From assembly GCF_046119375.1 (NCBI RefSeq), contig NW_027362761.1:278256001-278320000 (forward strand): DNA of 64,000 nucleotides, read 5' to 3'. Positions 1-11,444 of the stretch are shown one piece after another (the first letter of the stretch is position 1; the number at the start of each line of letters is the position of its first letter). Under the pieces are notes generated by a model. It did not search any database, was not told the origin of the DNA, and worked only from the letters and a program-made list of their open reading frames with translations. A program made the translations under genes and the position numbers. This DNA is from Phyllobates terribilis. Lineage: Eukaryota.

Positions 1-149
1 GTATAGCTCTGATAGTGATGAGAGTCATAAAAAGGTATATAAATCAAACTAATGTCTTCTTATGACTTCATGTAACTTTTTTATAAATTCTGTAATTCCA
101 AGGAAAAAAGTTTCAGGATCTGCTTAACCAGTGAGCAATATTGATAGTG

Positions 150-557
150 TTAGTACACAACTACCAGGATGGTGAGCGGACTGCAAACTATGTCCTACGA
201 GGCACGGTTAAAGGATCTAGGAATGCTTGGCTTGCAAAAAGAAGGCTAAGAGGAGACTTAATAGCTGTCTACAAATATCTGAAGGGATGTCACACTGTAG
301 AGAGATCATTCTTATTCTCACATGCACATGGAAACACGAGAAGCAATGCAATGAAACTGAAAAGGGAGAAAATACAGATTAGATATTAGAAAAACATTTT
401 GACAGTGAGGGTGATCATTGAGTGGAATATTCTACCATGAAAGGTGATGAGTTCTCCATCAATGGAAATCTTGAAACAGAGGCTGGACAGACATCTGTCT
501 GAGATAATTTAGCGAATCCTGCATTGAGCAGGGGTTTGGACATGATGACCCTGGAGG
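150..557 (+). mobile_element. CR1 LINE ORF2 3' fragment, left part; cut at 557 by the Gypsy insertion
   Basis: Translates RRLRGDLIAVYKYLKG, a CR1 RT C-terminal motif. Ends gatgaccctggagg, matching the uninterrupted CR1 3' end at 45755-46132 (gatgaccctggaggtcccttcc). Confidence 0.85.
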
Positions 558-1088
558 TGTCATGCAAGGTGTAGTGCAACACAGAGGGAAAAGGGAGAGG
601 GAGCCCAAACATTAGGGAAAGGGGGAAGTGGAGACCTCCTACTCTGGTCTAGTGTCATCCTGTCTCAACTAACGTCCCTATATAGCCTCCTCAGCTATCG
701 CCGCTCACATGCCTCACCCTACTACGGCTACGGCTAGGGATGGAAAGAGATTAACACTAGTCAACCTCCACTAAAACTCTAAAGACAACAAGGGTAGACA
801 AAACAGGGTGAAATGGCTTAGCTTTAGATGAACTCCAAATGTGCACACGGCCTCAAGCTCCAGAGAGGATGAGGTACTGCTCCTGCTAAGCTTCACAAGT
901 AGAAATGAATATAACTGACGATGCCCTCTCAGACGCACCACATATATATACACCCAGGCCAGAGAGCCAATTAGCAAGAGAGAGGTAGCTGCTCGGTCCT
1001 AAAGACAGCCTCCTATCTAAGCAGCTGTCTGCAATGTCAAACATAGAGTGCAGGGCGACTGTCTGCCACCTCTGACACACCCGTAACA
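558..1088 (-). repeat. 3' LTR of outer Gypsy
   Basis: tgtca...gtaaca; homologous to 12788-13345 with indels; abuts the PPT gtacccccctccctct. Confidence 0.9.
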
Positions 1089-2961
1089 GTACCCCCCTCC
1101 CTCTCCAAGTGACCTCCGGACATTCAAGACCGGGTTTCTCAGGAAAAGAGATGTGGAATGAGCGAACCAATCTGGGAGCGTTCACCTCTAATGCTGAAAC
1201 CCACATCCTCTCCTCTGGACCATAGCCTTTCCAGTGCACCAAGTATTGTAGAGAATGATGTTGGAGACGAGAATCTATAATCCTCAAAATCTGTAACTCC
1301 AGATTACCATCAACCACTACTGGGGGCAGTGGTAGAGGTGAGGGCTCAAGATGTTCCACCTACCTTTTGATTAAGGACCTGTGGAACACATTGTGGACCT
1401 TAAGGGCCTGAGGAAGTTCAAGACAAAACGCTGCTGGGTTAATGACGGCGGTTATTTTATAGGGACCAAAAAACCATGTCCCAGCTTCCAAGAAGGAACT
1501 TTCAATCTTATATTCCTGGTAGACAACCACACAAAGTCATTCACATTCAAGTCCGGACCTGGCAAGCGTTTTCTGTCAGCCATACGTTTATACCTGTCTC
1601 CCATGGTCTTTAAATTAAACAGAATACCCTGCCTACCAAGGAGAGCAGCGAAGCTAACCGTTCCTCCTCAGGAACTCCTGAAGCTCCTCCCCCACTGAAG
1701 GTACCAAACTGTGGATGATAGCCGTATGCACCGAAGAACGGTAACCTGCCAGTGGATTCTTGACGATGATTATTGATTGCAAATTCTGCCAGTGGTAAGC
1801 AGGATGTGCAATCCTCCTGATTTTCGGAGATGAAACACCTGAGGTATGTCTCCAAGTTCTGATTGACAGACTCAGTCTGACCATTCGACTGGGTGGAGGG
1901 TGGAAGGCCGAGGAAAAGGACAGCTGCACCCCCAGTCGAGAACAGAATGCCTTTCAGAACTTGGAAACAAACTGGGTCCCCTGATCAAACACCACATTGG
2001 AAGGAACCCCGTGAAGCTTCCCAATCTCATTTATGAACACCTGAGCAAGTGTCTTGGCATTGGGAAGTGCAGGTAATGCGACGAAGTGAACCATTTTACT
2101 AAACCTATCTACTACCACCAAAACCACCATTTTGCCTGCAGAAACCAGTAGGTCAGTAATAAAATCCATGGACAAGTGTGTCCATGGCCTACTAGGGATA
2201 GGGAGCGGAAGAAGAGTACCAAACGGACGGGTATGCAAAACCTTAGAAAGCGCGCAAATAGTACAAGCAGCTACGTGTTCAATTACATCCTGATGCAACC
2301 CCAGCCACCAAAAATGTCGAGAGAGGAGGTCCGTGGTTGCTTTAGCACCTGGATGCCCAGCAAGCACAGAGTTATGAGGTTCCTTGATTACTTTGGGGCG
2401 CAGATTAGATGGTACAAATAACTTTCCTGAAGGGCAGGAGGCAGGAGCGTCCCCCTGAGCCCCCAACACCTCACCCTCCAGTTCAGGATAAAGAGCTGAA
2501 ATGACTACCCTTTTCTGTAATATCGGAGCAGGGTTCTCATGGTCACCACCACCAGCGAAGCTCCGGGACAAAGCATCAGCATTGACATTTTGACCCCTGG
2601 ACGAAAAGTGACAACAAAATTGAACCTAATAAAAAACAGGGACCTTCTGGATTGCCTAGGTTTGAGACATTTAGCTGACTGGAGATATAACAGGTTCTTA
2701 TCTTCAGTAATAACATTAATAGGACAGCCCCCTCCAACCAGTGTCGCCATTCCTCGAACGCCAATTTGATCGCCAAAAGTTCCCTATTACCCACATCATA
2801 ATTTCTCTCAGCCGACACAATTTTTTAGAAAAGAAGGCGCATGGACGTCATTTACCAGGGGTCGAACCCTGAGACAACACAGACCCAACCCCGACATCCG
2901 GAGCATCAACCTCCACAATAAAGTGTTGAGAAACTTTGGGTTGACTGAGTATAGGTGCAGT

Positions 2962-4285
2962 TGTGACGTCCTCTCCGGCGTAACCCCTTTTTAGTTTACC
3001 CTGGGTGTTGGGGGACTCGGTGTCGGGCCCTGTGATGGAGAGATGGGATGAAGCCGTGGCCCGGACCCGACCCGTGCTCAGGGCCACCACGTTAAAAGGA
3101 GATGGTGTGGGCTTGACCGGGTTGAGTGGTTAATTAATGACTACGCCACCTGGGGTGCCTGGTGAGGGGCTACCAGCACCGCTGCAGTCCGCTGAGGCAT
3201 GGTGTTATGGTGGTCAGAGTTCTTACTACTCCCCACTGGCGGAGCAAGGCCTCAGGGCAGAGGGACAGGATGGAGGGGGTAGTAGTAGAGGGACTCGGAT
3301 GCCGCGTTGCGCTCTGTGGCGCAGGAATAACAGTCTGGAGGCCATAGTGGTGAACTTCCAAGGCTTTACTCACATAGATGGCAAAGGAAGGCGACTCCCT
3401 GCTCCCCGTGGAGTCCTGCGCTCACCAGAGACGGGGGTCCGACAACCTCCGAGTAAGTCCAGCATTCAATCGGGACCCTACAGCAGAGTGTTCCTGAACT
3501 ACAGACCGAATCCTTTCCTGTCCGTGTGTGTGCAAATAGGCCTGGTCTCCCTCTGAACTCCTCTCAGAACAAGGGCACGGGTGGCAGCTCTGCTCCGTCC
3601 GATACCCGGTGGGATCCTCTGGGCCTACCGGGCTTTCCCGATCAGGACATGGAGTAGCAAGGTCGGGTGTCGGGGGCCGGTACCCCTTTTACAGCCGGAG
3701 TCCCTCTGAATATATCCGGTTGGCGAGGGCAGGTGCCGTACTCCGCTCCGTCTGCATCCTGCCTGGGATCCATTTGCTGTGAAGCCACACTCTTGAGCTC
3801 CGGGCCTTCTTGCTCATGGTCCTCGACCGGGCTGAGATATTCCTTTTCTCCCGCCTGCCCATCATCCCAAGGCCTAGGGACTAGGGCCGTGTCTCCATCC
3901 CCTGCAGGCCCACACAGGATCCACTTTCAGGGTAGGAGATCGCGTTCTGGGTACAGCCATAGTACAGCCGAGTACTGTCAGGATATAGTCAAGAACAACG
4001 AGCCAAGATGGCTTTTTGTTAAATATGAAATCTAAGGTGTAACTAACTTGTAGGTCCTCCACCCTCACCCACTAACTGGTTCCCCTAACTCTTGGTTCCC
4101 CAGTCTCCCTGTAACCAGGGGAGCAGCACCTAGTGCATACTAGCTCCCTCTGGTGGAGAAGTGTGGTGTTGGATGCAAGGTTTGGGTCACCACTATCACA
4201 CTGGTCTTACCTCAGAGGAGGAAAACTACACTCCATTAGAGAAGTGCAGCATCCCTGTGGCGGTCGAACCCTCAGGGGCGCCACA
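2962..4285 (-). mobile_element. Solo LTR-like element (~1.3 kb) inserted in the outer Gypsy RT/RNase H junction
   Basis: Interrupts pol between LKNHF and TAPIL. Termini tgtgacg...cgccaca. Shares motifs (gactacgccacc, ccctcaggg..aca terminal hairpin) with the LTR at 35882-37093. Exact TSD is ambiguous (ttg/ttgt overlapping the end). Confidence 0.7.
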
Positions 4286-5356
4286 TTGTGGCAAAATGAT
4301 TCTTTAAAAAAGAAAAAGCCTGGAGGGAAACATCTGACCATTTGGAAAAATCAGATCCCTTCTTAGTCATGTCAGTAAGGGGTTTCACTACAACAGAGTA
4401 ATTTTGAATGAATTTCCTGTAAAAATTAGTAAAGCCCAGAAAAAGTTGTAGGGCCTTCAGGTTCTCGGGACGTTCCCAGTCAAGGACTGCACAGATCTTC
4501 TCCGGATCCATCTGAAGACCTGAAGAGGACAAGAAGTACCCCAAAAACTGCACCTCCTGAACAGCGAAAACTAATTTTTCTAGTTTGCCTAAAGTTTGTT
4601 ATCCCTTAATATCTGGAGCACCTGCTTAACATGCCCCTGATGAGTCTCAAAATCAGATAAATAAACTAAAATATCGTCCAGATAGACCACCACAAACCTC
4701 CCCACCAAATTATGGAAAATATAATTTATGAAATGCTGGAATACTGCAGGTGAATTGGTCAAACCAAAAGGCATAACCAGAATCTCGAACTGTCCTTCCG
4801 GGGTATTGAACGCTGTCTTCCATTCGTCCCCTTCTCTGATCTAACCAGATTGTAGGCTTCCCTTAAATCCAACTTGGAGAATACCTTAGCTCCCACAACC
4901 TGGCTCAACAAATCAGGAATCAGAGGAAGAGGGTATGGATCACAGATGGTAATTTGATTTAATTCCCGGAAATCTAAACAGGGACGTAGACCGCCATCCT
5001 TTTCCTTCACAAAGAAGAACCCTGCCGCCACGGGCGAAGATGAGGGTCTGATATGTCCCCTCTCCAGACTTTCCGCAATGAAATCCTTCATGGCTTGTCT
5101 CTCAGGGCCAGAAAGATTATACAGTCTGGACTTCGGTAGTCTAGCTCATGGGGGTCAGGTTAATAGGACAGTCATAAGCACGATGAGGAGGTAAATCCTG
5201 ACACCCCTTCTCAGAAAAAATGTCCTCAAAACCGGACTGAAAAGGAGGTAATATTTCCATAGAGACAGTATCAATGGAAATATCTAGACAATTCTCATGT
5301 CAGTAATCTCCCCATTCAATAATCTCCCCGGCTTTCCAATCCATCAACAGATTATG

Positions 5357-6244
5357 TGTAGCGTTGGCGTCTCTGCCTCCTGCTAGGCAGGGACGCCGTT
5401 CCCCTCACCTCTCCGCTCCGTGCCCGGTGTCTTCCTCCCGCTCTGCTGGCAGCGCGCGCTGCTTCCCGGCCACTGTGCTTAGGGCGCGTGTGCGCACGCT
5501 CCCCCTCTCTTAAAGGGGCCGCGCGCGCCGTCCTAAGGAGTCCCCGGCCAATGGCCGGAGGATCTCACCGTATATAAGGCACCTCCTCCAAAATGGAGGT
5601 GCCCGAGCAATGTTGTTGCAAAGCCTATCAACTCTGCTTCAGCCCTCAGGTCCCGTTACCAGATACCTGCCAGTTACCTGCCAGATTCCTGCTTGATACC
5701 TGCCTGATACCTGTCTATCTGCTTGCATTCCTGCGGTCTGACAGTCTGCCTACCAGCACCAGCCAGTCTGTCTATGGATCAGTCTGCCCACTCACCTGGG
5801 AGCGCCCACCTGCTACCTGCCTGCTAGCCTACCTGGAGGCTCTGCCGTCACTTGCCGTGACCACCTGCCAGCCAGCCGTGAGACTCTTACCCGCTCACCT
5901 GGGAGCGCTCACCTGCTTCCTGCCTGCTAGCCTACCTGGAGGCTTAGCCGTCACTTGCTGTGACCACCTGCCTGTCCAGAGACTCTTGCCCGCTCACCTG
6001 GGAGCGCCCACCTGCTACCTGCCTGCTAGCCTACGTGGAGGCTCTGCTGTCACTTGCCGTGACCACCCGCCTGTCAAGAGACTGTTCCCGTCACTTGCCA
6101 TGTCCGTTCTGTCCTTCTACCCTGAGACTGTTCTTGTCACCTGCCGTGTCTACCTTCCCTCCTTCCCTGGGAGCCACCTGCCTCCTTACAAAGACTGCCC
6201 CTTTGTATAATAGCTCAGAGGTTCCACCTCCCAGACCCGTTACA
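5357..6244 (+). repeat. 5' LTR of inner Gypsy (888 bp; three ~99-bp internal repeats)
   Basis: tgtagcg...ccgttaca; TATA box at 5571; homologous to 10458-11444. Confidence 0.95.
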
Positions 6245-6246
6245 GT

Positions 6247-6256
6247 TTGCTCGGGC
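6247..6256 (+). promoter_or_regulatory. Non-tRNA (self-priming type) primer-binding site of inner Gypsy
   Basis: ttgctcgggc lies 2 nt after the LTR end. It does not begin with TGG and is the exact reverse complement of gcccgagcaa at 5601-5610. Confidence 0.75.
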
Positions 6257-6257
6257 C

Positions 6258-7244
6258 ATGGAACCCGGTGGCACCCAAGCTCCCTCGCTCTCAGACCTAT
6301 GTCGTGAACTCTCCCATCAGAGGTCCCAACAGGAGTCCATCCTGAGTCACCTCCGTAGTGTTAATTCCCGCCTGGACACATAAACTGCCTCATCGGAAGC
6401 TGCCTCCACTCGCACACTTGCTACCCCGGCACCGCCGCTGCCCATCAATACCATGGCATCTCTTACCGGTCCCCGCCTCTCCGACCCGCCTCGTTTTGGT
6501 GGAGATCCCGGCCAGGCATGGGGCTTCATTAACCAGTGCACTCTGCACTTCGAACTGTTGGCACACCAGTTTTCCACCGACCGAACCAAAGTAGCCTTCA
6601 TCATGTCCCATCTCACGGGGGAGGCGCTGGCTTGGCTAAATCCTCTATGGGAGAGAGGAGACCCCCTGGTATCCAACCTGCCAGCCTTTCTCACTGCTTT
6701 CCGGAAAGTCTTCGACGAACCAGGACGGAAGACCTCATCCGCCTCATCTCTGCTACGCCTCCGCCAAGGAAGTCTCACCGTGGGCCAATATGCCATACGG
6801 TTCCGTACCCTTGCTTCGGAGCTTGCCTGGGATAACGATGCCCTGGTGTCCGTCTTCTGGGAGGGTCTGTCCCGCCTTATTAAAGATGAACTCGCCGGTC
6901 GGGACATTCCTACCACTCTCGACGACTTAATAACACTTGCCACCCGGATTGACATCCGGTTCCAGGAGCGCACCAAAGAGGTCACCCGTGAGAGGAGGTT
7001 TCCACGCCTTGCCCCTACCTTCCAGAGACCCGTCACTTCCTCCGTTACTCCCCAGGCGCACTCTCCCGAGCCTATGCAGGTCGACCAGACACCAAGATGG
7101 TCAAAACCCGTCAAGAATTACGCCGTGCCGAGGGGAGCTGCTTCTACTGTGGCAGTAAGGAGCACCGGATCCGTTCCTGCCCGGAGAGGTCGGGAAACGC
7201 CTGTGTCTAGGATCGCTCAGAGAGGTCGCCCTAGACAAAAGTAA
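6258..7244 (+). pseudogene. gag of inner Gypsy (retrotransposon gag domain plus CCHC zinc knuckle)
   Basis: ATG at 6258, in-frame TAA at 6381, then ORF 6453-7244 (PPRFGGDP..WGFINQC). The knuckle [14 protein letters not shown] (~7140-7180) is in a shifted frame. Confidence 0.9.
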
Positions 7245-7260
7245 ACCCTCTCCATCTCTG

Positions 7261-10200
7261 ATGCTGTCGGTCTCTATCATCTGCGGGGAGAACCGTTATT
7301 TTGAACTGGCTCAACTTGACTCTGGAGCTGCCGGAAATCTCATTTCTCAGTCCCTGGTAGAGAAATACCGCATTCCCACCAAACCCCTGGCTGTACCCTT
7401 ATCTGTCGCCGCCGTGGATGGGGGTCTCTTACCACATCCCATCCAACTCATCACCGAATCCATAACTCTGCAGGTGGGAATGCTGCACTCTGAGAGCATC
7501 TTCTTCCATGTTCTGCCTGGACTCTCTCACGCCCTCTTGCTAGGCCTACCTTGGCTCCAGAGACATGCACCCGTGCTTGATTGGCAGACCGGAGAAGTCC
7601 TTCGCTGGGGACAGGACTGCCATAAGACTTTAGTTCCCGTTCATCCTGCTCGTCCTTCTCCTACCCCAGCCAATCTACCTGGCCTACCGGTCCCCTATTG
7701 GTCTTATGCAGACGTCTTTAATAAAAGAGAAGCAGAGACATTACCACCTCATAGACCATACGACTGCCCAATCAACCTGATGCCCGGCGCTACTCCTCCC
7801 CGTGGGCGTATTTACCCTTTGTCCGCTGCTGAGACCCGGTCCATGTCTGAATATATTGAGGAGAATCTGGCCCGGGGATTTATCCGGAAATCTACCTCCC
7901 CGGCGGGAGCAGGCTTCTTCTTCGTCAAAAAGAAGGACGGCTCACTCCGTCCCTGTATAGACTATAGAGGCCTTAACCAGATCACAGTGAAAAATAAATA
8001 CCCCCTTCCGCTCATTCCTGAATTATTTGACCGTCTGAGGGGGGCTTGAATCTTCACCAAGCTGGACCTCCATGGGGCGTATAACCTGGTCCGTATCCGT
8101 CAGGGGGATGAATGGAAGACGGCATTCAACACCCGGGACGGCCACTATGAATACCTTGTAATGCCCTTCGGTCTCTGTAACGCTCCCGCCGTCTTTCAAG
8201 AGTTGGTCAATGACATCTTCCGTGACCTTCTCTACTCCTGCGTGGTGGTGTACCTGGATGACATCTTGGTCTTCTCTCCGGATCTTCTCACTCACCGGAG
8301 GGACGTTCGTCAGGTCCTGCTCAGGCTCAGGCAGAACCACCTCTACGCTAAATATGAGAAGTGCCTCTTTGAGCAGACCTCACTTCCGTTTCTGGGCTAC
8401 ATAATCTCTCAGACCGGTCTACGAATGGATCCTGAGAAACTGTCTACCATCCAGAAGTGGCCTCGACCAGAGGGGTTGAAGGCTATTCAGCGGTTCCTGG
8501 GCTTCACCAACTACTACCGCCTCTTCATTCCGCACTTCTCTTCCCGGACTGCCCCTATCTCTGCGCTCACCCGTAAGGGCGCTAATCCCAGAGAATGGCC
8601 GCCCGAAGCAGAGGAGGCCTTCCTTTCCTTAAAACAAGCTTTCTCCTCTGCTTCTGTGCTGCATCGTCCAGACGGCAACAGACAATTCTTCCTAGAGGTT
8701 GACGCTTCCTCCTCTGGAGCCGGAGCGGTTTTTACACAAAAGTCGTCTTCCGGAAGAATGTAACCTGCGGCTTCTTTTCCAAACTCTTCTACTCTTCTGA
8801 GCTCAATTATTCTATAGGAGACCGAGAATTATTGGCCATTAAGCTGGCACTGGAGGAGTGGCGTTACCTGCTCGAGGGGGCTCTTTACCCGGTAATAATT
8901 TACACGGACCACAAGAACTTAGCTTACCTCCAGAGCGCCCAGAGACTTAACCCACGCCAAGCCCGGTGGTCCTTGTTCTTCGCCCGCTTTAATTTCATTC
9001 TTCATTTTCGCCCGGCAGACAAAAACATCAAAGCTGATGCCTTGTCCCAATCCTTTTTGGTCTCTGATCTTGAGGAGGAGCCTAAGCACATCATCGACCC
9101 CGCCAGAGTAATGCAGGTGGCCCCCGTGAATCTAAATCGTCTTCCACCTGGAAAGACGTTCGTAACAGTACCTGATCGTGAGAAGGTCCTACACTGGGGA
9201 CACTCATCTAAGCTAGCTGGCCACGCTGGTCAGAAGAAAACCCTCCAGCTTATTACCCGGCATTACTGCTGGCCTACCCTGCACAAGGACGTAATAGATT
9301 TTATTTCAGCCTGTGTGTCCTGCGCCCGCAACAAGGTTCCGAGACACCTGCCAGCTGGCTGCCTCCTTCCTCTTCCTGTACCTGCTGCCCCGTGGCAGCA
9401 TATAGCTATGGACTTTATAACGGACCTCCCTGTCTCTGCCGGTTGTACGGTCATTTGGGTGGTCGCTGACTGCTTTTCCAAGATGGCTCACTTCATTCCC
9501 CTGCCGGGTCTCCCGTCCGCATCTGAGTTAGCTAAAGACTTTATCCATCATGTTTTCCGTCTTCATGGTCTTCATCTCCACATTGTATCCGACCGAGGGG
9601 TTCAGTTCACCTCTCGCTTTTGGCGAGCCATGTGTAAATTGCTGGGGGTCACCTTGGACTTTTCTTCTGCTTATCACCCACAGTCCAATGGCCAAGTAGA
9701 GCGGATCAACCAAATTTTAACCAGTTTCCTCCGGCACTTTGTTAATGCTCACCATTCCGATTGGGTGGATCTTTTACCGTGGGCCGAATTTTCCTACAAT
9801 AATCACGAGAGCGAATCTTCCACCAAATCCCCGTTTTTTGTAGTCTTCGGTCAACATCCTCGGATCCCGTTTCCCGTCTCCACCTCGGTGGACAACCCGG
9901 CTGCGGAATCTCACGTTAGTGAATTTTCCTCCATTTGGGAGAGTACCCTATCCGCACTTCTTCGGTCATCCGAGCGGATGAAAAAACAGGCTGACAAAAG
10001 ACGTCTGGATCCACCTCAATTCCGTCCTGGAGATAAAGTCTGGCTCTCGTCCAAATATGTCCGGCTCAAGATTCCTTCCTACAAGTTAGGGCCTCGGTTC
10101 ATCGGCCCACTGGAAGTTATCAAACAAATCAACCCGGTGGCCTATAAATTGAAACTCCCGGCCAACTTGCGGATTCCTAACTCCTTCCATGTATCTCTAC

Positions 10201-10435
10201 TCAAACCCGTGGTACTTAACTCTTTTTCCAAGTCTACAGGTATGCCTCCTGCTCCGGTTTCCGCTGAAAACGAGTTTGAGGTAAAGAACATTCTGGCCAC
10301 CAAAAGGGTATGAGGAAAGTCCTTTTTTCTAGTGGATTGGAAGGGGTTTGGTCCTGAGGAGAGAACGTGGGAGCCCCGGGAGAACATCCATGCCCCTCTC
10401 ATCCTTGATAAATTTCTCTCTGGCCTAAAAAAGGG
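7261..10435 (+). pseudogene. pol of inner Gypsy (protease, RT, RNase H, integrase, chromodomain)
   Basis: LDSGAAGN protease; YLDD RT; EVDAS RNase H; HHCC/DDE integrase with GPY/F-type tail; chromodomain FEVKNIL..LVDWKGFGPEERTWEP. Lesions: TGA at 8047, stop/frameshift at ~8761, TGA at 10311. Confidence 0.93.
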
Positions 10436-10457
10436 GGGGCCTAAAGGGGGGGGGTAC

Positions 10458-11444
10458 TGTTGCGTCGGCGTCCCTGCCTCCGGCTAGGCAGGGATGCCGT
10501 TCCCCTCACCTCTCCGCTCCATGCCCGGCGTCTTCCTCCCGCTCTGCTGGCAGCGCGCGCTGCTTCCCGGCCACTGTGCCTAGGGCGCGTGTGCGCACGC
10601 TCCCCCTCTCTTAAAGGGGCCGCGCGCGCCGTCCTAAGGAGTCCCCGGCCAATGGCCGGAGGATCTCACCGTATATAAGGCACCTCCTCCAAAATGGAGG
10701 TGCCCGAGCAATGTTGTTGCAAAGCCTATCAACTCTGCTTCAGCCCTCAGGTCCCGTTACCAGATACCTGCCAGTTACCTGCCAGATTCCTGCTTGATAC
10801 CTGCCTGATACCTGTCTATCTGCTTGCATTCCTGTGGTCCGACAGTCTGCCTACCAGCACCAGCCAGTCTGACTATGGATCAGTCTGCCCGCTCAACTGG
10901 GAGCGCCCACCTGCTACCTGCCTGCTAGCCTTCCTGGAGGCTCTGCCGTCACTTGCCGTGACCACCTGCCAGCCAGCCGTGAGACTCTTACCCGCTCACC
11001 TTGGAGCGCTCACCTGCTTCCTGCCTGCTAGCCTACCTGGAGGCTTAGCCATCACTTGCTGTGACCACCTGCCTGTCCAGAGACTCTTGCCCGCTCACCT
11101 GGGAGCGCTCACCTGCTACCCACCTGCTAGCCTACCTGGAGGCTTAGCCATCGCTTGCTGTGACCACCTGCCTGTCCAGAAACTCTTGCCCGCTCACCTG
11201 GGAGCGCCCACCTGCTACCTGCCTGCTAGCCTACCTGGAGGCTCTGCCGTCACTTGCTGTGACCACCCGCCTGTCAAGAGACTGTTCCCGTCACTTGCCG
11301 TGTCTGTTCTGTCCTTCTACCCTGAGACTGTTCTTGTCACCTGCCGTGTCTACCTTCCCGCCTTCCCTGGGAGCCACCTGCCTCCTTACAAAGACTGCCC
11401 CTTTGTATAATAGCTCAGAGGTTCCACCTCCCAGATCCGTTACA
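10458..11444 (+). repeat. 3' LTR of inner Gypsy (987 bp; four ~99-bp internal repeats)
   Basis: Copy of 5357-6244 with one extra 99-bp unit. Confidence 0.95.

Larger units (their letters stand above)
5357..11444 (+). mobile_element. Ty3/Gypsy chromovirus LTR retrotransposon (inner, full length, young)
   Basis: Perfect 5-bp TSD TTATG (5352-5356, 11445-11449). LTRs 5357-6244 and 10458-11444 differ by a few percent. PPT aaaggggggggggtac before the 3' LTR. Order gag-PR-RT-RH-IN-chromodomain. Confidence 0.97.

Noticed and set aside
3137-4366. Several 60-140 aa ORFs in the solo LTR (also in 35882-37093 and 57389-58599), considered as env or accessory genes
   Set aside because: GC-rich LTR sequence with no signal peptide, transmembrane or other recognisable motif.
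6347-7114. 255-aa antisense ORF over gag
   Set aside because: Shadow of a GC-rich coding frame; no recognisable motif.
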